Shown here in pieces: positions 32,049 through 42,353 of a stretch of DNA of 64,000 nucleotides. The translations under genes were made by a program, and so were the position numbers. Position 1 is the first letter of the stretch. Each line of letters starts with the position of its first letter. Below the pieces are notes generated by a model, which was not told the origin of the DNA, did not search any database, and saw only the letters and a list, made by a program, of their open reading frames with translations. The stretch covers positions 9,946-73,945 of the forward strand of contig JAABPW010000228.1 in the NCBI GenBank assembly GCA_011391785.1. Direction: 5' to 3'. Source of the stretch: Verrucomicrobiota bacterium. GTDB lineage: Bacteria; Verrucomicrobiota; Kiritimatiellia; CAIKKV01; CAITUY01.

Positions 32049-33260
32049 CTACTGATACTTGAGCCAGTTGCGGATTTCTTTCGACTTGGGGCTGTCCGGC
32101 TGCAATTTCAGGTAGGTTGAGAGTTCCTTGCGGGCAAGGGACAGCTTGGTTTTGTCTTTCTTGTACAGGAGGCCGAGTGCCAGATGGGCGTCGGCATGAT
32201 TGGGGTTTTTTCCGATGATGGCGGTCAATTGCTTGACGGCCTCATCATCCTTGCCCTGTTCCGTCATCACCAGCGCCAGCATGTAACGGGCATCCGTCAT
32301 TGCCGGGGAGAGCTTGAGCACGGTTTCGAAGGAGGTGCGGGCGGCTTGAAGATCCTGCCTTGTGCGATACAGGAGGCCGAGATTGAAATGGGCGCGTGTG
32401 AGGCCCGGGTCGTTTCGGATGGCCCGCGTATATTCCTGCAGGGCCTTTTCATAGTTCCCTGCCTGATGGAATTGCGTTGCCAGCCGGCAGGCTTCCAGCG
32501 CTTCGGCGGGATTACGCGGCAGGGGCGGAGCGCTGGTGGCGGGCTCGGTGGTGGCGGGAGCGGGAATGCTGCGGGTTATGTGGGCCGGTGTGGTGCGGGA
32601 GGTGACGGGCTGGGGGGCTCCGGTCGGGGGCGCTACCGTTTTGGCGGCCATGGCGGAGCGGGCGATCACGGCGTGGGAATCCGTGGGGGCGACCGCGAGA
32701 TAACGCTGGAAATATTTCCGTCCCTCGGCAGGGTTTTTCAGCCAGTCCCGCTCGATCACGGCCAGGTTGAACAAGGCCGGAGGGTAGCTTGGATTCCGGG
32801 CGAGCACCTGGAGCAGGCGCGTTGTGGCGGATGCGGCGTTCGTTGTATTGATGTCCACCAGCGCCAGCGCGGTCTGGATCGCGGGGGAGTTCGGAGTGCG
32901 CCGGTCCGCCTCGTTCAGGACAAGGCCCGTCTCATGCCACCGGTTGTTGTCCGACAAGATGGCCGCCATATACTCGAGGGCCCGGGAATCCTCCGGGGCC
33001 AGGTCGGCGACCTTGGAGAAGCCGGCAAGCGCGTCATCGGTCCGGCCGTTTTCAAGGTGAATAATGGCGAGGTTCATGATGGCCGAGGCATTCGAAGGAT
33101 CCTGTTCCAGAATCTGGATCAGGAGTGTCTCGGCGTGTTTCAAGTCTCCAGCTTCAATTGCCTTGATGCTGGTGGAGACGGGGTCCCGCCCGCAACCCGG
33201 GGTCAGCAGGAGGGCGGCGAGAAGACTTAAAGCCGGAAATAGGATGGTATTCGTTTTCAT
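32049..33260 (-). CDS. TPR-repeat lipoprotein
   Basis: 403 aa; lipobox LTPGCG; multiple tetratricopeptide repeats. Confidence 0.75.
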   Translation of the reverse strand: MKTNTILFPALSLLAALLLTPGCGRDPVSTSIKAIEAGDLKHAETLLIQILEQDPSNASAIMNLAIIHLENGRTDDALAGFSKVADLAPEDSRALEYMAAILSDNNRWHETGLVLNEADRRTPNSPAIQTALALVDINTTNAASATTRLLQVLARNPSYPPALFNLAVIERDWLKNPAEGRKYFQRYLAVAPTDSHAVIARSAMAAKTVAPPTGAPQPVTSRTTPAHITRSIPAPATTEPATSAPPLPRNPAEALEACRLATQFHQAGNYEKALQEYTRAIRNDPGLTRAHFNLGLLYRTRQDLQAARTSFETVLKLSPAMTDARYMLALVMTEQGKDDEAVKQLTAIIGKNPNHADAHLALGLLYKKDKTKLSLARKELSTYLKLQPDSPKSKEIRNWLKYQ

Positions 33261-33316
33261 GATTATTGGAAGTCAACTATACCATGCGTTGCCCGCTTGG
33301 CAAATATTCCTGCAGC

Positions 33317-36300
33317 CTACTTTTTGCTGATGGCTGCCAGCGCGGCGGTGGCGGCATGGCGGACGTCGGGTGCGTTCTGGAGGTTTTCAGCGGTTTTGAT
33401 GAGGATAGGCAGCGCCTTCTTGTCCTTGATCATGCCCAATGCCCATGCGGCGGCGGCGCGGTAGCAGGGAGTCAGGTCGTTGTGCAGGAAGATGACGCCG
33501 GGGCCGAGGGGGTCCGGGTAACCGGATGCGGCTTCGGGCGGGGATTGCTCCAGGGTGGCAATGAGGGAATCAACCGAATCGGGGGCGGCCAGGTGGCCCA
33601 GGTTGCGTGCCAGGAAGAAGCAGACCCAGTTCTTGACGGGTAGTTTGTTGACAACGGGGATGCCGGTGCTGAATACCCGCTCTATCGGATCGTTCGGCCG
33701 GGTACGGTAACGTTCCAGTGCCGCGCGTATTCTCGGCTCGAATTTCCGGTCCCGGCAGGTGAGCGAGAGGATCTGCGCCGCCCGGTTCTCCAGGTCCGGC
33801 GTGCCGCCCCAGGCGCCATGGACCCTGGCAATGGCGCCGGCTATTTCCGGGGTTCGGCCTGCCTGGGGATCGCCGAGGATCGCGAGGCAGGTCTCCACCA
33901 CGGTCGAGTGGGGGTCGTTGCGCCGGATGACCCGCCCGGCCAGGGTTTCATAGTCATCGTTCCAGATGAAGAGCCCACGGTCAAAATCGGTGGGGACCGA
34001 GCGGATGATGTGCGTCAGGATGGCGCCGGCCTGCCGTGACTCCATCTTATCAAGCGCCTCGAGGATGAAGTAGTGGATGGGGGAAGCGTGGCAGGCCATG
34101 AGGGCCTCGTGATCGCCGTACCAGACGGTGTAGCGGATATAATCCTTGAGCTGGGTGAAGGTGTTGATCAGGAGGGATTCGATCCCGGGGGTGGCAATCA
34201 TTCCCAGCGCCTCCACGCAGGCTTCGGCCAGGAACAGGTTGCCTTTGTCCGGATCGCTGTTGCGGGAAAGGGTTTCGGCGAGCAAGGGCACGGCGTCCTT
34301 GTCCTTCAGGTATCCGAGTGACCGTGCAACAGCCTGTATCCTCCGGGGGTTCACCTCCGCGAGGGAATTGAATTGTGTGCCATCGCCCCTATGGCTTATA
34401 CGCCACCTTGGGAACGGGTTGAAGTCGCGTGCCGTGGTGAGGTAGGTCCGCAGGTGTTGCCTGGCTGTTTCGCCCCCGGTATGGCCAAGTGCCACGGCTG
34501 CCCTCCTCACAACGTTGCTGTCGGCATTGGCGAGACGCTGGACGAGATCCTGCTCGATGGCGTTCCAGTTGGTGGAACGGAACCAGTCGCGCCACTTTCC
34601 GGCTCCGTTGGCGGGGGTGCCCGGAGTGAGGAAGGCGTTGAAGGATTCGGTGTGGCCGGTAAGGTTTTCCAGCGCCACGGAGGCGGCCTGCGCGACAATC
34701 GGGTCGGGGTCGGTAAGGGCGGCCAGTAGCGGCGGGACGGAGTCACGGGTGCCGCAGGCCGCAAGCGCGAGCGCGGTCGCCACGCGAACCTCGCGGTTTG
34801 TTGTTCCGAGTTTTTCCGCCAGTGCCGGGGCGGCGGTCTGGTCGCGGAAGACCGCCAGCCGGTTGGCGGCGGAAATGCAGAGGGTGTCGTCGCTTCCCTT
34901 CAATTGCGCTATCAGGTCCGCCACTTCTGTTTTGCCGCTCATGTCGATGTCTGCCGCGGCCCTGTGGCGGTTGAGTCCCGCGACTTCGCGGAAGCGGTCG
35001 AACTGCAATTCCATAAGACCGGTGACGGCGGGATTGTTACCCCTGAAATGGAGCGGGCTGCCCTGGCCGAGGAGTTTCAGCGGCGGTGCCTGCAGCGCCT
35101 GGGCGCGGGTCGATGCCGTTGAGGGCGTCACCTGCCGTGTCTGGTGACAGCCGAGGCAACTGCGGTTCTCCCCGGGTTTCACGAAAATCCAGGACATCTC
35201 GTTGAGTTCGGAACGGCCCTCGGCATCGACGGCCTGGAGCGCGAGGGCGGTATCGGCCGGCACTTCGACAGAGAAGGAGCCGTCGGGAGCGAGGGGGACT
35301 GTGCCAAGATCGATCGTTTCATTGCCGGCATGGACGATATAGGAATGCGAGGAGCGGGTGGTGATGCCTTTTCCGGCGAGGACGCGGATGGCCCGGACAT
35401 GCGGCCAGCCAGCGGTGGTGTTTTTCGTGAAACGCGCGTTCTGGCAGAAGAGGATTCCTGTGGCAGCAGGTTTCCCGGTTTCATTTTTTCCGGTGGAGCT
35501 TGAAAGGACCGGGGGTCTGGGCCGTGGTCCGACGTAGGTGGGAGAATGGATTTGCATGTCAGGGCACTGAAGGATCGTCTGGGCCTTGTTGGCGGGGCTG
35601 CTGTCAGGATCGAGGATGGCGAGCCGGTTGTAGCTTCCGTTTCCGGCCAGGGTGCAAAGGAGTCTGCCATCGGGCAGGGAGGCGACATCCCCGGCATCGA
35701 TGCTGATGTTCTTCTGGTTATGCTGGCTACTGCCGGGGCGCCCGATGATGATTCCCCCTGCCGAGACGAAGGCCACCCGGCCATCGGGCATGGGGGCGGG
35801 GCTACCGCAGTAGTAGGCGCGCAGGCGGCCGCCGTATTCGGGGCCGAGATCCAGGCCGAACTCCGTGTAGCCGTGGGTACCGTCAGGGTGGATCGCCGAC
35901 AGGAGTGTCTCCACCTTCCCGCGGTCGAAGAAGTTGTCGGACCGGATGAAGAGGATCCGGCCGTCGGCCATTGCCCTGGCCTCGTTGTCGAAACCGAATG
36001 TGTGGGTGAGTGCCCGGATGTTGCCGCCATCGGCGTTCATGGTGAACAGGGACCGTGAGGGCGTGTTGTGGTATTCCTCGAAGGTGCCGATGCGGGTGGA
36101 GGTGAAGACGATGCGCCCGTCGGGGAGTTCGGCCGGGTCGATGTCGTGGAACGGCCCCTCGGTGAGGCGGGTGGGCTTTCCACCGGTTGCGGGAAGGCGG
36201 TAGATGTGGAAGAAGGGCTCGTTGTTGAGGGCCATGGCCACATAGATCCATTTGCCATCGAAGGAGCAACAGGGGGTGCCGATGGCGCCGGTCCCGGCAT

Positions 36301-37159
36301 CGAGGATCACTTTGGGTTTGGCGGTGGCGCTTACCGGGCTGAGAAGGTAGAGCTTGCGGCCCATCTTGATCGGGGAGGGCAGGTCGTGTTCCGGGAAAGC
36401 GCGTGATTTCCTGGCGGTGAACATGGTGACGCCGAGGCTGGTTGCACCGGCACCCCTGTAGTTTTCGCGGTAAAGGCTGCAGTCATCCCCGAGGTAGGCG
36501 ATGCCGCCCTGAGGCCACTTGAAGAGGGTGTCGGGCAGGATTGACTGATTGGCGCGGGGAAGTTCCGCGGTGGCGGGGATTTGCGTGATTTCGCCCCACG
36601 GGGCAACCCCATGGTTTCCGATGGCGTGAGCGGGCTTCCAAGTGGAGTCATTGAACCCGGGGGCTGTCCAGTTCCTGACTTCCACGATGCTGCATTTCCA
36701 GCTGTCATCACTGACAAGTTCGATCTGCTGGCCGTCGGCCAGGGTGATTGAGAGTTTCGCGATGAATCCGGCCGGTCCCATGGCGGTATTGCTGGCCTTG
36801 ACGGCAATCAGGTTGATGCCGGGTTTGAACAGCGAGGTCAGGTTGATCCGCTTGGGCTCGCTCCAGTTCTCGCTTTCACAGGCGACTTTGCCGTTGACGT
36901 GGAGGGTAAACAGGTTGTCGGCGGAGGCAAGGATTTCCACCGATTTGATTTTTGACTTTTTCGGGAGGGACACCGGCAGGCGCAGGTAAACGGTGCCGCC
37001 TTCGAAGGAGTTGAGGGTTGTCTCGGCGGCAGGCTGGTGCCAGATCCATTTCGCCCCGGTGAAGCCGGGGGATTGCGCCCGCACGGGCGAGAGCATGGCG
37101 GAGAATGCCAGGCACAGTGTGACGAGTGGAATCCTGTTGCGGCCAGGTTTTGTTTTCAT
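33317..37159 (-). CDS. giant secreted protein: N-terminal galactose-binding-like domain, TolB-like beta-propeller, single CxxCH motif, C-terminal HEAT/PBS-lyase-like repeats
   Basis: ~1280 aa from MKTKPGRNRIPLVTLCLAFSAMLSPVRAQ (RBS GGGAGA); PD40-like blades (PDGRIVFTSTR, ADGRILF, PDGRVAFVS); SCLGCHQ; HEAT repeats (PPLLAALTDPDPIVAQAASVAL...). Confidence 0.75.
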   Translation of the reverse strand: MKTKPGRNRIPLVTLCLAFSAMLSPVRAQSPGFTGAKWIWHQPAAETTLNSFEGGTVYLRLPVSLPKKSKIKSVEILASADNLFTLHVNGKVACESENWSEPKRINLTSLFKPGINLIAVKASNTAMGPAGFIAKLSITLADGQQIELVSDDSWKCSIVEVRNWTAPGFNDSTWKPAHAIGNHGVAPWGEITQIPATAELPRANQSILPDTLFKWPQGGIAYLGDDCSLYRENYRGAGATSLGVTMFTARKSRAFPEHDLPSPIKMGRKLYLLSPVSATAKPKVILDAGTGAIGTPCCSFDGKWIYVAMALNNEPFFHIYRLPATGGKPTRLTEGPFHDIDPAELPDGRIVFTSTRIGTFEEYHNTPSRSLFTMNADGGNIRALTHTFGFDNEARAMADGRILFIRSDNFFDRGKVETLLSAIHPDGTHGYTEFGLDLGPEYGGRLRAYYCGSPAPMPDGRVAFVSAGGIIIGRPGSSQHNQKNISIDAGDVASLPDGRLLCTLAGNGSYNRLAILDPDSSPANKAQTILQCPDMQIHSPTYVGPRPRPPVLSSSTGKNETGKPAATGILFCQNARFTKNTTAGWPHVRAIRVLAGKGITTRSSHSYIVHAGNETIDLGTVPLAPDGSFSVEVPADTALALQAVDAEGRSELNEMSWIFVKPGENRSCLGCHQTRQVTPSTASTRAQALQAPPLKLLGQGSPLHFRGNNPAVTGLMELQFDRFREVAGLNRHRAAADIDMSGKTEVADLIAQLKGSDDTLCISAANRLAVFRDQTAAPALAEKLGTTNREVRVATALALAACGTRDSVPPLLAALTDPDPIVAQAASVALENLTGHTESFNAFLTPGTPANGAGKWRDWFRSTNWNAIEQDLVQRLANADSNVVRRAAVALGHTGGETARQHLRTYLTTARDFNPFPRWRISHRGDGTQFNSLAEVNPRRIQAVARSLGYLKDKDAVPLLAETLSRNSDPDKGNLFLAEACVEALGMIATPGIESLLINTFTQLKDYIRYTVWYGDHEALMACHASPIHYFILEALDKMESRQAGAILTHIIRSVPTDFDRGLFIWNDDYETLAGRVIRRNDPHSTVVETCLAILGDPQAGRTPEIAGAIARVHGAWGGTPDLENRAAQILSLTCRDRKFEPRIRAALERYRTRPNDPIERVFSTGIPVVNKLPVKNWVCFFLARNLGHLAAPDSVDSLIATLEQSPPEAASGYPDPLGPGVIFLHNDLTPCYRAAAAWALGMIKDKKALPILIKTAENLQNAPDVRHAATAALAAISKK

Positions 37160-37206
37160 CGTGTCTCCCTTGTCGTTAAAGATATGAAGTGCCTTCCGGG
37201 GTGCGA

Positions 37207-37980
37207 TTAATGTTTCAGGCGTGCGGTAATGCGGGCTGCCGCATCGGTAGCCATGCGGCCGAAGTGTTTGAATTTCTCCTTCCGGATTCTCTCCAGCGGA
37301 CCTGTGATCACGATGGCGGCGACGAGCCGGTCGTCGTCGGCGAAGACCGGTGCGGCAACACAATGGGATCCCTCGATCTCCTCGGCCAGATCGAGGGTGT
37401 ATCCTTCCTTGCGTGCCAGCTCCAACTCCTTTTCCAGCTTGGCGGGGGTGGTGATGGTCCGGGCCGTGAACCGTTCGAAGGACTGCGCCGCGAGTTTGCG
37501 TTTCCGTTCCGCTTCGTCGCCAAAGGCGAGGAAAACCTTGCCGGGAGCGTTGCAGTACAAGGGGATTCGCACCCCGATATCATAGATGATGCGGATGGGC
37601 TGGCGTGATGGCTGGAAGTAGACCAGCACGGCCTCGTTGCCGCTGGGGATGAGGAGTCCGACGCTTTCCCCGCTCTCGTGGCGGAGCGCCTTGATTTCAG
37701 GGGTGGCCTCGTCCACGAGGTTCTTGCCGGCGGCATTCGGGACGGCGAGTTCCAGGAGCTTGGTGCCGAGGGAATAGGTTTTGGATTCTGTTTTATGCGT
37801 GTAACCGCGGGAGGATAGGTCCCCCAGGATCCGGAAGATCATGTTCTTGCTGATGCCGAGCAAACGGTGGATGTCGGTCAGGGTGAGCCCTGCGGGGTGC
37901 TGGCTGAGCAGCTCGAGTATGGCCAGGCATCGATCCGTACTGGGGGCAAGTGCTTTGTTGTTTATCGGAATACGCGTCAT
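37207..37980 (-). CDS. IclR-family transcriptional regulator
   Basis: 257 aa; N-terminal wHTH (LAILELLSQHPAGLTLTDIHRLLGISKNMIFRIL) and a C-terminal IclR effector domain; 47-bp gap to the downstream giant gene. Confidence 0.88.
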   Translation of the reverse strand: MTRIPINNKALAPSTDRCLAILELLSQHPAGLTLTDIHRLLGISKNMIFRILGDLSSRGYTHKTESKTYSLGTKLLELAVPNAAGKNLVDEATPEIKALRHESGESVGLLIPSGNEAVLVYFQPSRQPIRIIYDIGVRIPLYCNAPGKVFLAFGDEAERKRKLAAQSFERFTARTITTPAKLEKELELARKEGYTLDLAEEIEGSHCVAAPVFADDDRLVAAIVITGPLERIRKEKFKHFGRMATDAAARITARLKH

Positions 37981-38061
37981 CGGGGTCCCTCCTGTAATTC
38001 TTTATGTAGAATGTGTTCCTCCTGTAGAATAGTCAAGGGAGAGGAGGGGTGGAATTGAAAA

Positions 38062-38085
38062 TCCCCCCTTTCGGGTGGTGCTAAT
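38062..38085 (+). promoter_or_regulatory. conserved 24-nt upstream motif, copy A (TCCCCCCTTTCGGGTGGTGCTAAT)
   Basis: 23/24 nt identical to 48376-48399; lies in the IclR/propeller-A divergent intergenic region, ~28 nt upstream of the 38113 ATG. Confidence 0.6.
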
Positions 38086-38112
38086 CCCCGGAGGGATGAA
38101 CTAGAATGTGGC

Positions 38113-40584
38113 ATGTTTGAATCATGTCATGGAGCCGCAGCACTGTTGCTTGCGGTGATGCTGGTGGGGGGGGATGGCCTTGGGGCCGAGGACCGGTCTT
38201 CCGACGTGGATTCGCCCGGGGCGCGTGTGGCCTTGCGGAAGGCCATTGAGGATTTGTCGGAGACATTCCAGGACCGGTATCCGCGCGGGAAGGAATTCCT
38301 CGCCCGACTTGACAAGCTGAGCGATAAGAAGGCCTTTCTTGCGCTTCAGCGTGAGGCCCTGCTGGCTAATCCCCTGATCTCCGGCCAACCCCTCCTGTTT
38401 GTGGTGCGTCACCAGTACGCGGCGGATCACCACAACACCGAGACCATGTTTCAAACGGGTGAAATCAATACCAAAAAGTTCGAGGGGGGCGGCGCCCTGA
38501 AGTCGATTGATTTCGCCCGGGGCGGCGAGGTCAGGACCCTCGTCGATGCCGGTGACGCGGGCGTGGTGCGGGACCCGGATGTGTATTTCGACGGGAAGAA
38601 GATCCTCTTTTCGATGCGCCGGAACATCCGCGAGGATTATCACCTTTACGAGGTGCAGGCGGATGGGACGGGGCTCCGGCAGCTGACTTCCGCGGCCGGC
38701 GTGTTTGACATAGATCCGCTTTACTTGCCTGACGACAGTATTGTCTTCACGTCCTCCCGGGAACCCAAGTACTGCGGGTGCAACCGCCACATCATGGGCA
38801 ACCTTTTCCGGATGGATTCGGATGGCGCCAACATTCATCAGATCGGGAAGAGCACCTTGCACGAGGGGCATGGCAACCTGTTGCCCGATGGCCGTATCCT
38901 CTATGATCGCTGGGAGTATGTGGACCGTAACTTCGGGAGCGCCCAGGGACTCTGGACGGTCAATCCCGATGGAACCTATCACCAGATCTACTGGGGCAAC
39001 AATACGGCCAGTCCCGGCGCCGTGCTTGAGGGGCGGGTGATTCCCGGAACAGACAAGGTGCTCTGTACGTTTTCGTCCTGCCATGACCGGCCCTGGGGGG
39101 CGCTGGCGATCATTGACCGGCAGCGCGGGGTTGACGGGCGAGATCCTGTGGTGTGGACCTGGCCGGCGTACGCCATTAACCTGGTGGATGAGGACGGGAA
39201 CTACGATTCGTTCGGGAAAATCAAACTCAAGTACGAGGATCCTTATCCCCTCGGCGCGAAATATTTCCTATGTTCCCGGATGAGCGGAAAGGGAGCGGGC
39301 ATGGGGCTTTACCTGGTGGATTTGTTCGGCAATGAAATCCTGCTTCACGCGGAAGCGCCAGGCTGTTTCGACCCGATGCCGATAGTGGCCCGGACCCGTC
39401 CCCCGGTGATTCCCGTCCGGCGCGATTATACTGGGAATGAAGGAACATTTTTCATCCAGGACGTGTATCAGGGGACGCATTTGAAAGGGGTCAAGCGCGG
39501 GGACGTGAAGTTCCTGCGGGTGATTGAGGTTCCGGAAAAGCGGGGGTGGACCTATTCTGACTGGGCGGGGCAGGGGGCCATCGCCCCGGCGATGAACTGG
39601 TTCGATTTCAACAGCAAGCGCATCCTGGGGACGGTTCCGGTGGCGGAGGATGGCTCGGCGCATTTCGTGGTGCCGTCCGACACGTTCGTCTATTTCCAGC
39701 TGCTGGACAAGGACGGCCTGATGATCCAGTCCATGCGCAGTGGAACGATCATCCAGTCCGGGGAGCGCCAGGGTTGCGTCGGGTGCCACGAGAACCGGAT
39801 AACGGTTCCGATGACGTCGGCGCCCAAAAACCTCATCGCGTTGCAGCAGCCGCCGGCCCGGTTGACGGGGTGGCATGGCCCCGCGCGGTACTTCAACTAC
39901 CGGGCCGAAGTTCAGCCCGTTTTTGACCGGAACTGCGTGAGTTGCCACGATTTCGGAAAACCGGCGGGGAAGGTGCTGAATCTCGCAGGCGACCGGGGCA
40001 TGGTGTTTAACGCCTCGTATAGCAGCTTGTGGAACAACAACATGATGAAGGTGATTTCGGCCGGCCCCTCGGCAATCCAGGAAGCCTTGACCTGGGGTGC
40101 CCGCGTCAGCCCCCTGGTGAAGACGCTGAAACGGGGGCACAAGGACGTGAAGTTATCGGCCGAGGACATGGACCGGATTGTGACCTGGATTGATATCAAC
40201 GCTCCTTATTATCCCTCCTATTACTGTGCCCATCCCGCGAATGCGTTCGGGCGGTCTCCGCTCGACCCGGGTCAGCTTGATCAGCTCGAATCGCTGGGGA
40301 TTGACTTGCAGAAGAAGAAAAACATCAGCCGGGTGAGTTTTGACAGGCCTGAAAAGAGCCTTTGTCTGGAGGAGATGGGGGGCCCGGACGGGCACCGGTA
40401 CAAGGCGGTGCTGGCGATCCTCAAGGCCGGGCAGGCGGAATTGGCGGCGCACCCCGAGGCGGACGCAGCGGGATTCGTTCCGTGCGCCAAGGATCAGGAG
40501 CGGGAAGAAAAATATGAAGCCCGCCGCCAGACGGAATTGAGAAACCGGCGGAGTATTGCCACCGGCGCCAAGGCGCACGATTAG
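38113..40584 (+). CDS. secreted TolB-like beta-propeller protein with two CxxCH motifs (PSCyt1-like), paralog A
   Basis: 823 aa; close paralog of 52456-54792 (shared blocks REPKYCGCNRHIMGNLFRMDSDGANI, MRSGTIIQSGERQGCVGCHENR, NCVSCHDFGKPAGKVLNLAGD, IVTWIDINAPYYPSY). Confidence 0.8.
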   Translation: MFESCHGAAALLLAVMLVGGDGLGAEDRSSDVDSPGARVALRKAIEDLSETFQDRYPRGKEFLARLDKLSDKKAFLALQREALLANPLISGQPLLFVVRHQYAADHHNTETMFQTGEINTKKFEGGGALKSIDFARGGEVRTLVDAGDAGVVRDPDVYFDGKKILFSMRRNIREDYHLYEVQADGTGLRQLTSAAGVFDIDPLYLPDDSIVFTSSREPKYCGCNRHIMGNLFRMDSDGANIHQIGKSTLHEGHGNLLPDGRILYDRWEYVDRNFGSAQGLWTVNPDGTYHQIYWGNNTASPGAVLEGRVIPGTDKVLCTFSSCHDRPWGALAIIDRQRGVDGRDPVVWTWPAYAINLVDEDGNYDSFGKIKLKYEDPYPLGAKYFLCSRMSGKGAGMGLYLVDLFGNEILLHAEAPGCFDPMPIVARTRPPVIPVRRDYTGNEGTFFIQDVYQGTHLKGVKRGDVKFLRVIEVPEKRGWTYSDWAGQGAIAPAMNWFDFNSKRILGTVPVAEDGSAHFVVPSDTFVYFQLLDKDGLMIQSMRSGTIIQSGERQGCVGCHENRITVPMTSAPKNLIALQQPPARLTGWHGPARYFNYRAEVQPVFDRNCVSCHDFGKPAGKVLNLAGDRGMVFNASYSSLWNNNMMKVISAGPSAIQEALTWGARVSPLVKTLKRGHKDVKLSAEDMDRIVTWIDINAPYYPSYYCAHPANAFGRSPLDPGQLDQLESLGIDLQKKKNISRVSFDRPEKSLCLEEMGGPDGHRYKAVLAILKAGQAELAAHPEADAAGFVPCAKDQEREEKYEARRQTELRNRRSIATGAKAHD

Positions 40585-40772
40585 AATCCGTTGCACTTTT
40601 CCTTGAAATTGCCAGTCTCTTTAGTGCTTTAAACTTTGTATTGCAAAGTACTCTGCATTTTAATAGTGTTGATGGCGAAAGCAGCGGTAATGCCGGGCAG
40701 GGAGCCTGGACTGGGAGCGGCTGCTCGGGAAACCAGAAGGGGCGCGCAGCCCTGTTTGAAAAGGAGCCGGTC

Positions 40773-41528
40773 ATGAGCGAGATGGATGCAACCAATGGAA
40801 TTCCGGATGCGGGAGGCTATGGGGGGATGAGCGGGCAGGGCAGGACAACGCCCATGATCGCGTTTGAGGGGGACTATCATGCCATGAGGGGGATCGTGGG
40901 TGGGGCCGCGATTATCGAGGCGGTGCTCAAGCATCCGGCAGCGCTGGTCTACGAATTGACGAAGGGACGGGGCCGCTCCGTGGCGGTATGGCTGGTGTTG
41001 GTGGCCGGGCTGTGTCTGCTGGCCTATGGCGTGATCATGGGATCCTACAAGGGAGGCGTCATGTATCTCGTCGCCCCGGCCAAGATGGTCATGGGCGTGT
41101 TCCTTAGTTCGCTGCTGTGCCTGCCCAGCCTGTATATCTTCAGCAGCATGGGCGGGAGCCGGCAGACGCTTGGGGAAACGGCCGGACTTTTGCTGCTATG
41201 CCAGGCCCTTTCCGGACTGCTGCTGCTCGGCTTTGCCCCGATCGCCTGGGTGTTTTCACAATCCACCAGCGCGCTGGCGTTCATGGGGTTTCTCCATCTG
41301 GCGATGTGGCTGTTGGCTACGTTTTTTGCGGTTCGGTTGCTATCCCTCGCCCTGGAGTTCCTCAACAAGCGCAAGATGGGCGTCCTGAAGGTCTGGGCCG
41401 TGATCTTCGTTGTCGTGACGCTGCAGATGAGTGCCGTGCTGCGTCCCCTTATTGACAAGCCCGGGGCTACCCTGATTGAGCACGAGAAGATGTTTTTCAT
41501 GACCCATTGGGGCCGATGCATGGACTGA
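40773..41528 (+). CDS. hypothetical polytopic membrane protein
   Basis: ~251 aa from MSEMDATNG (RBS AAAAGGAG); 5-6 TM helices; paralogous to the next gene. Confidence 0.6.
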   Translation: MSEMDATNGIPDAGGYGGMSGQGRTTPMIAFEGDYHAMRGIVGGAAIIEAVLKHPAALVYELTKGRGRSVAVWLVLVAGLCLLAYGVIMGSYKGGVMYLVAPAKMVMGVFLSSLLCLPSLYIFSSMGGSRQTLGETAGLLLLCQALSGLLLLGFAPIAWVFSQSTSALAFMGFLHLAMWLLATFFAVRLLSLALEFLNKRKMGVLKVWAVIFVVVTLQMSAVLRPLIDKPGATLIEHEKMFFMTHWGRCMD

Positions 41529-41558
41529 TGAGGGTCGCAGCAAGGGAGGACCCCTGAT

Positions 41559-42296
41559 ATGGAAGAATCAAAACACCGTCCTGTAACACTGGCCGCCATG
41601 TGTCGCATGGATGCGGAGTTTGTCGGTTGCCTCGCGGAGGGCCGGAACACGCGGCCCATGCTCATCACGGCGCTGGGGGGGATCCTGATTGGAACCCTGG
41701 CCTACGGGGTGGTTTTCGGGTTATGGCGGGCACCCCTGCAGGCCGTGTTCTCCGGCTTCAAGCTGCCGCTGCTCTTTCTCCTGGTGGTGGCGGCAAGCGG
41801 CGTGATCAATGCCATGCTGGCGCAGGTCATGGGTGCCAGACTGGCCCTGAAGACGGTGGTTCTGCTGATGTTGGTGGGGATGGCGGTCACCGCCCTGCTG
41901 CTGGGTGCCCTGAGCCCGGTGGTGTGGTTCTTTGTGGCGCAAGCCCCGCCACCCGACCCCCTTGTGTTGGGGCTGGCCAAGGATAACGTGGCGGCGGCAA
42001 AATCAATGGGAGTGTATCGTGTCATCCTCGTCACCCATGTCGCGATCATCGGGGTGTGCGGGATTGTAGGGAATGCCCGGTTGTTCCGGATGATACGGGC
42101 CGTGACCGGGTCGGAGACCATGGCCTGGCGGCTTCTGCTCACCTGGATCATGGTTTCGGGTTTTGTGGGGTGTGAATTGTCCTGGCTCCTGAGTCCCTAC
42201 TTGTGCAATCCCCTTACTCCGCCGCACATTGTGAACCGGCAGTATTTTGAGAGTAATTTCTATGAGTATGTCTATCACGCATTACAGGGAAGGTAG
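41559..42296 (+). CDS. hypothetical polytopic membrane protein (tandem paralog of 40773-41528)
   Basis: 245 aa; RBS AGGGAGG; similar TM topology. Confidence 0.6.
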   Translation: MEESKHRPVTLAAMCRMDAEFVGCLAEGRNTRPMLITALGGILIGTLAYGVVFGLWRAPLQAVFSGFKLPLLFLLVVAASGVINAMLAQVMGARLALKTVVLLMLVGMAVTALLLGALSPVVWFFVAQAPPPDPLVLGLAKDNVAAAKSMGVYRVILVTHVAIIGVCGIVGNARLFRMIRAVTGSETMAWRLLLTWIMVSGFVGCELSWLLSPYLCNPLTPPHIVNRQYFESNFYEYVYHALQGR

Positions 42297-42353
42297 GGGG
42301 ATGAAAGTCAGTAGTCAGAAGTTAGGAGACAGGAGTCAGGCTTTGCGATTTCT

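Noticed and set aside
31456-33260. cvpA-TPR lipoprotein region as part of the accessory system
   Set aside because: Both look like ordinary envelope housekeeping genes co-transcribed with dnaG. Nothing ties them to the propeller locus other than adjacency.
38166-38173. G8 homopolymer inside the signal-peptide region of propeller paralog A, a possible slipped-strand phase-variation tract
   Set aside because: Equally long G/C runs occur inside core genes here (G8 within cysE near 3975-3982, G9 within aroB near 7449-7457), so they are a compositional feature of this high-GC genome and not evidence of phase variation.
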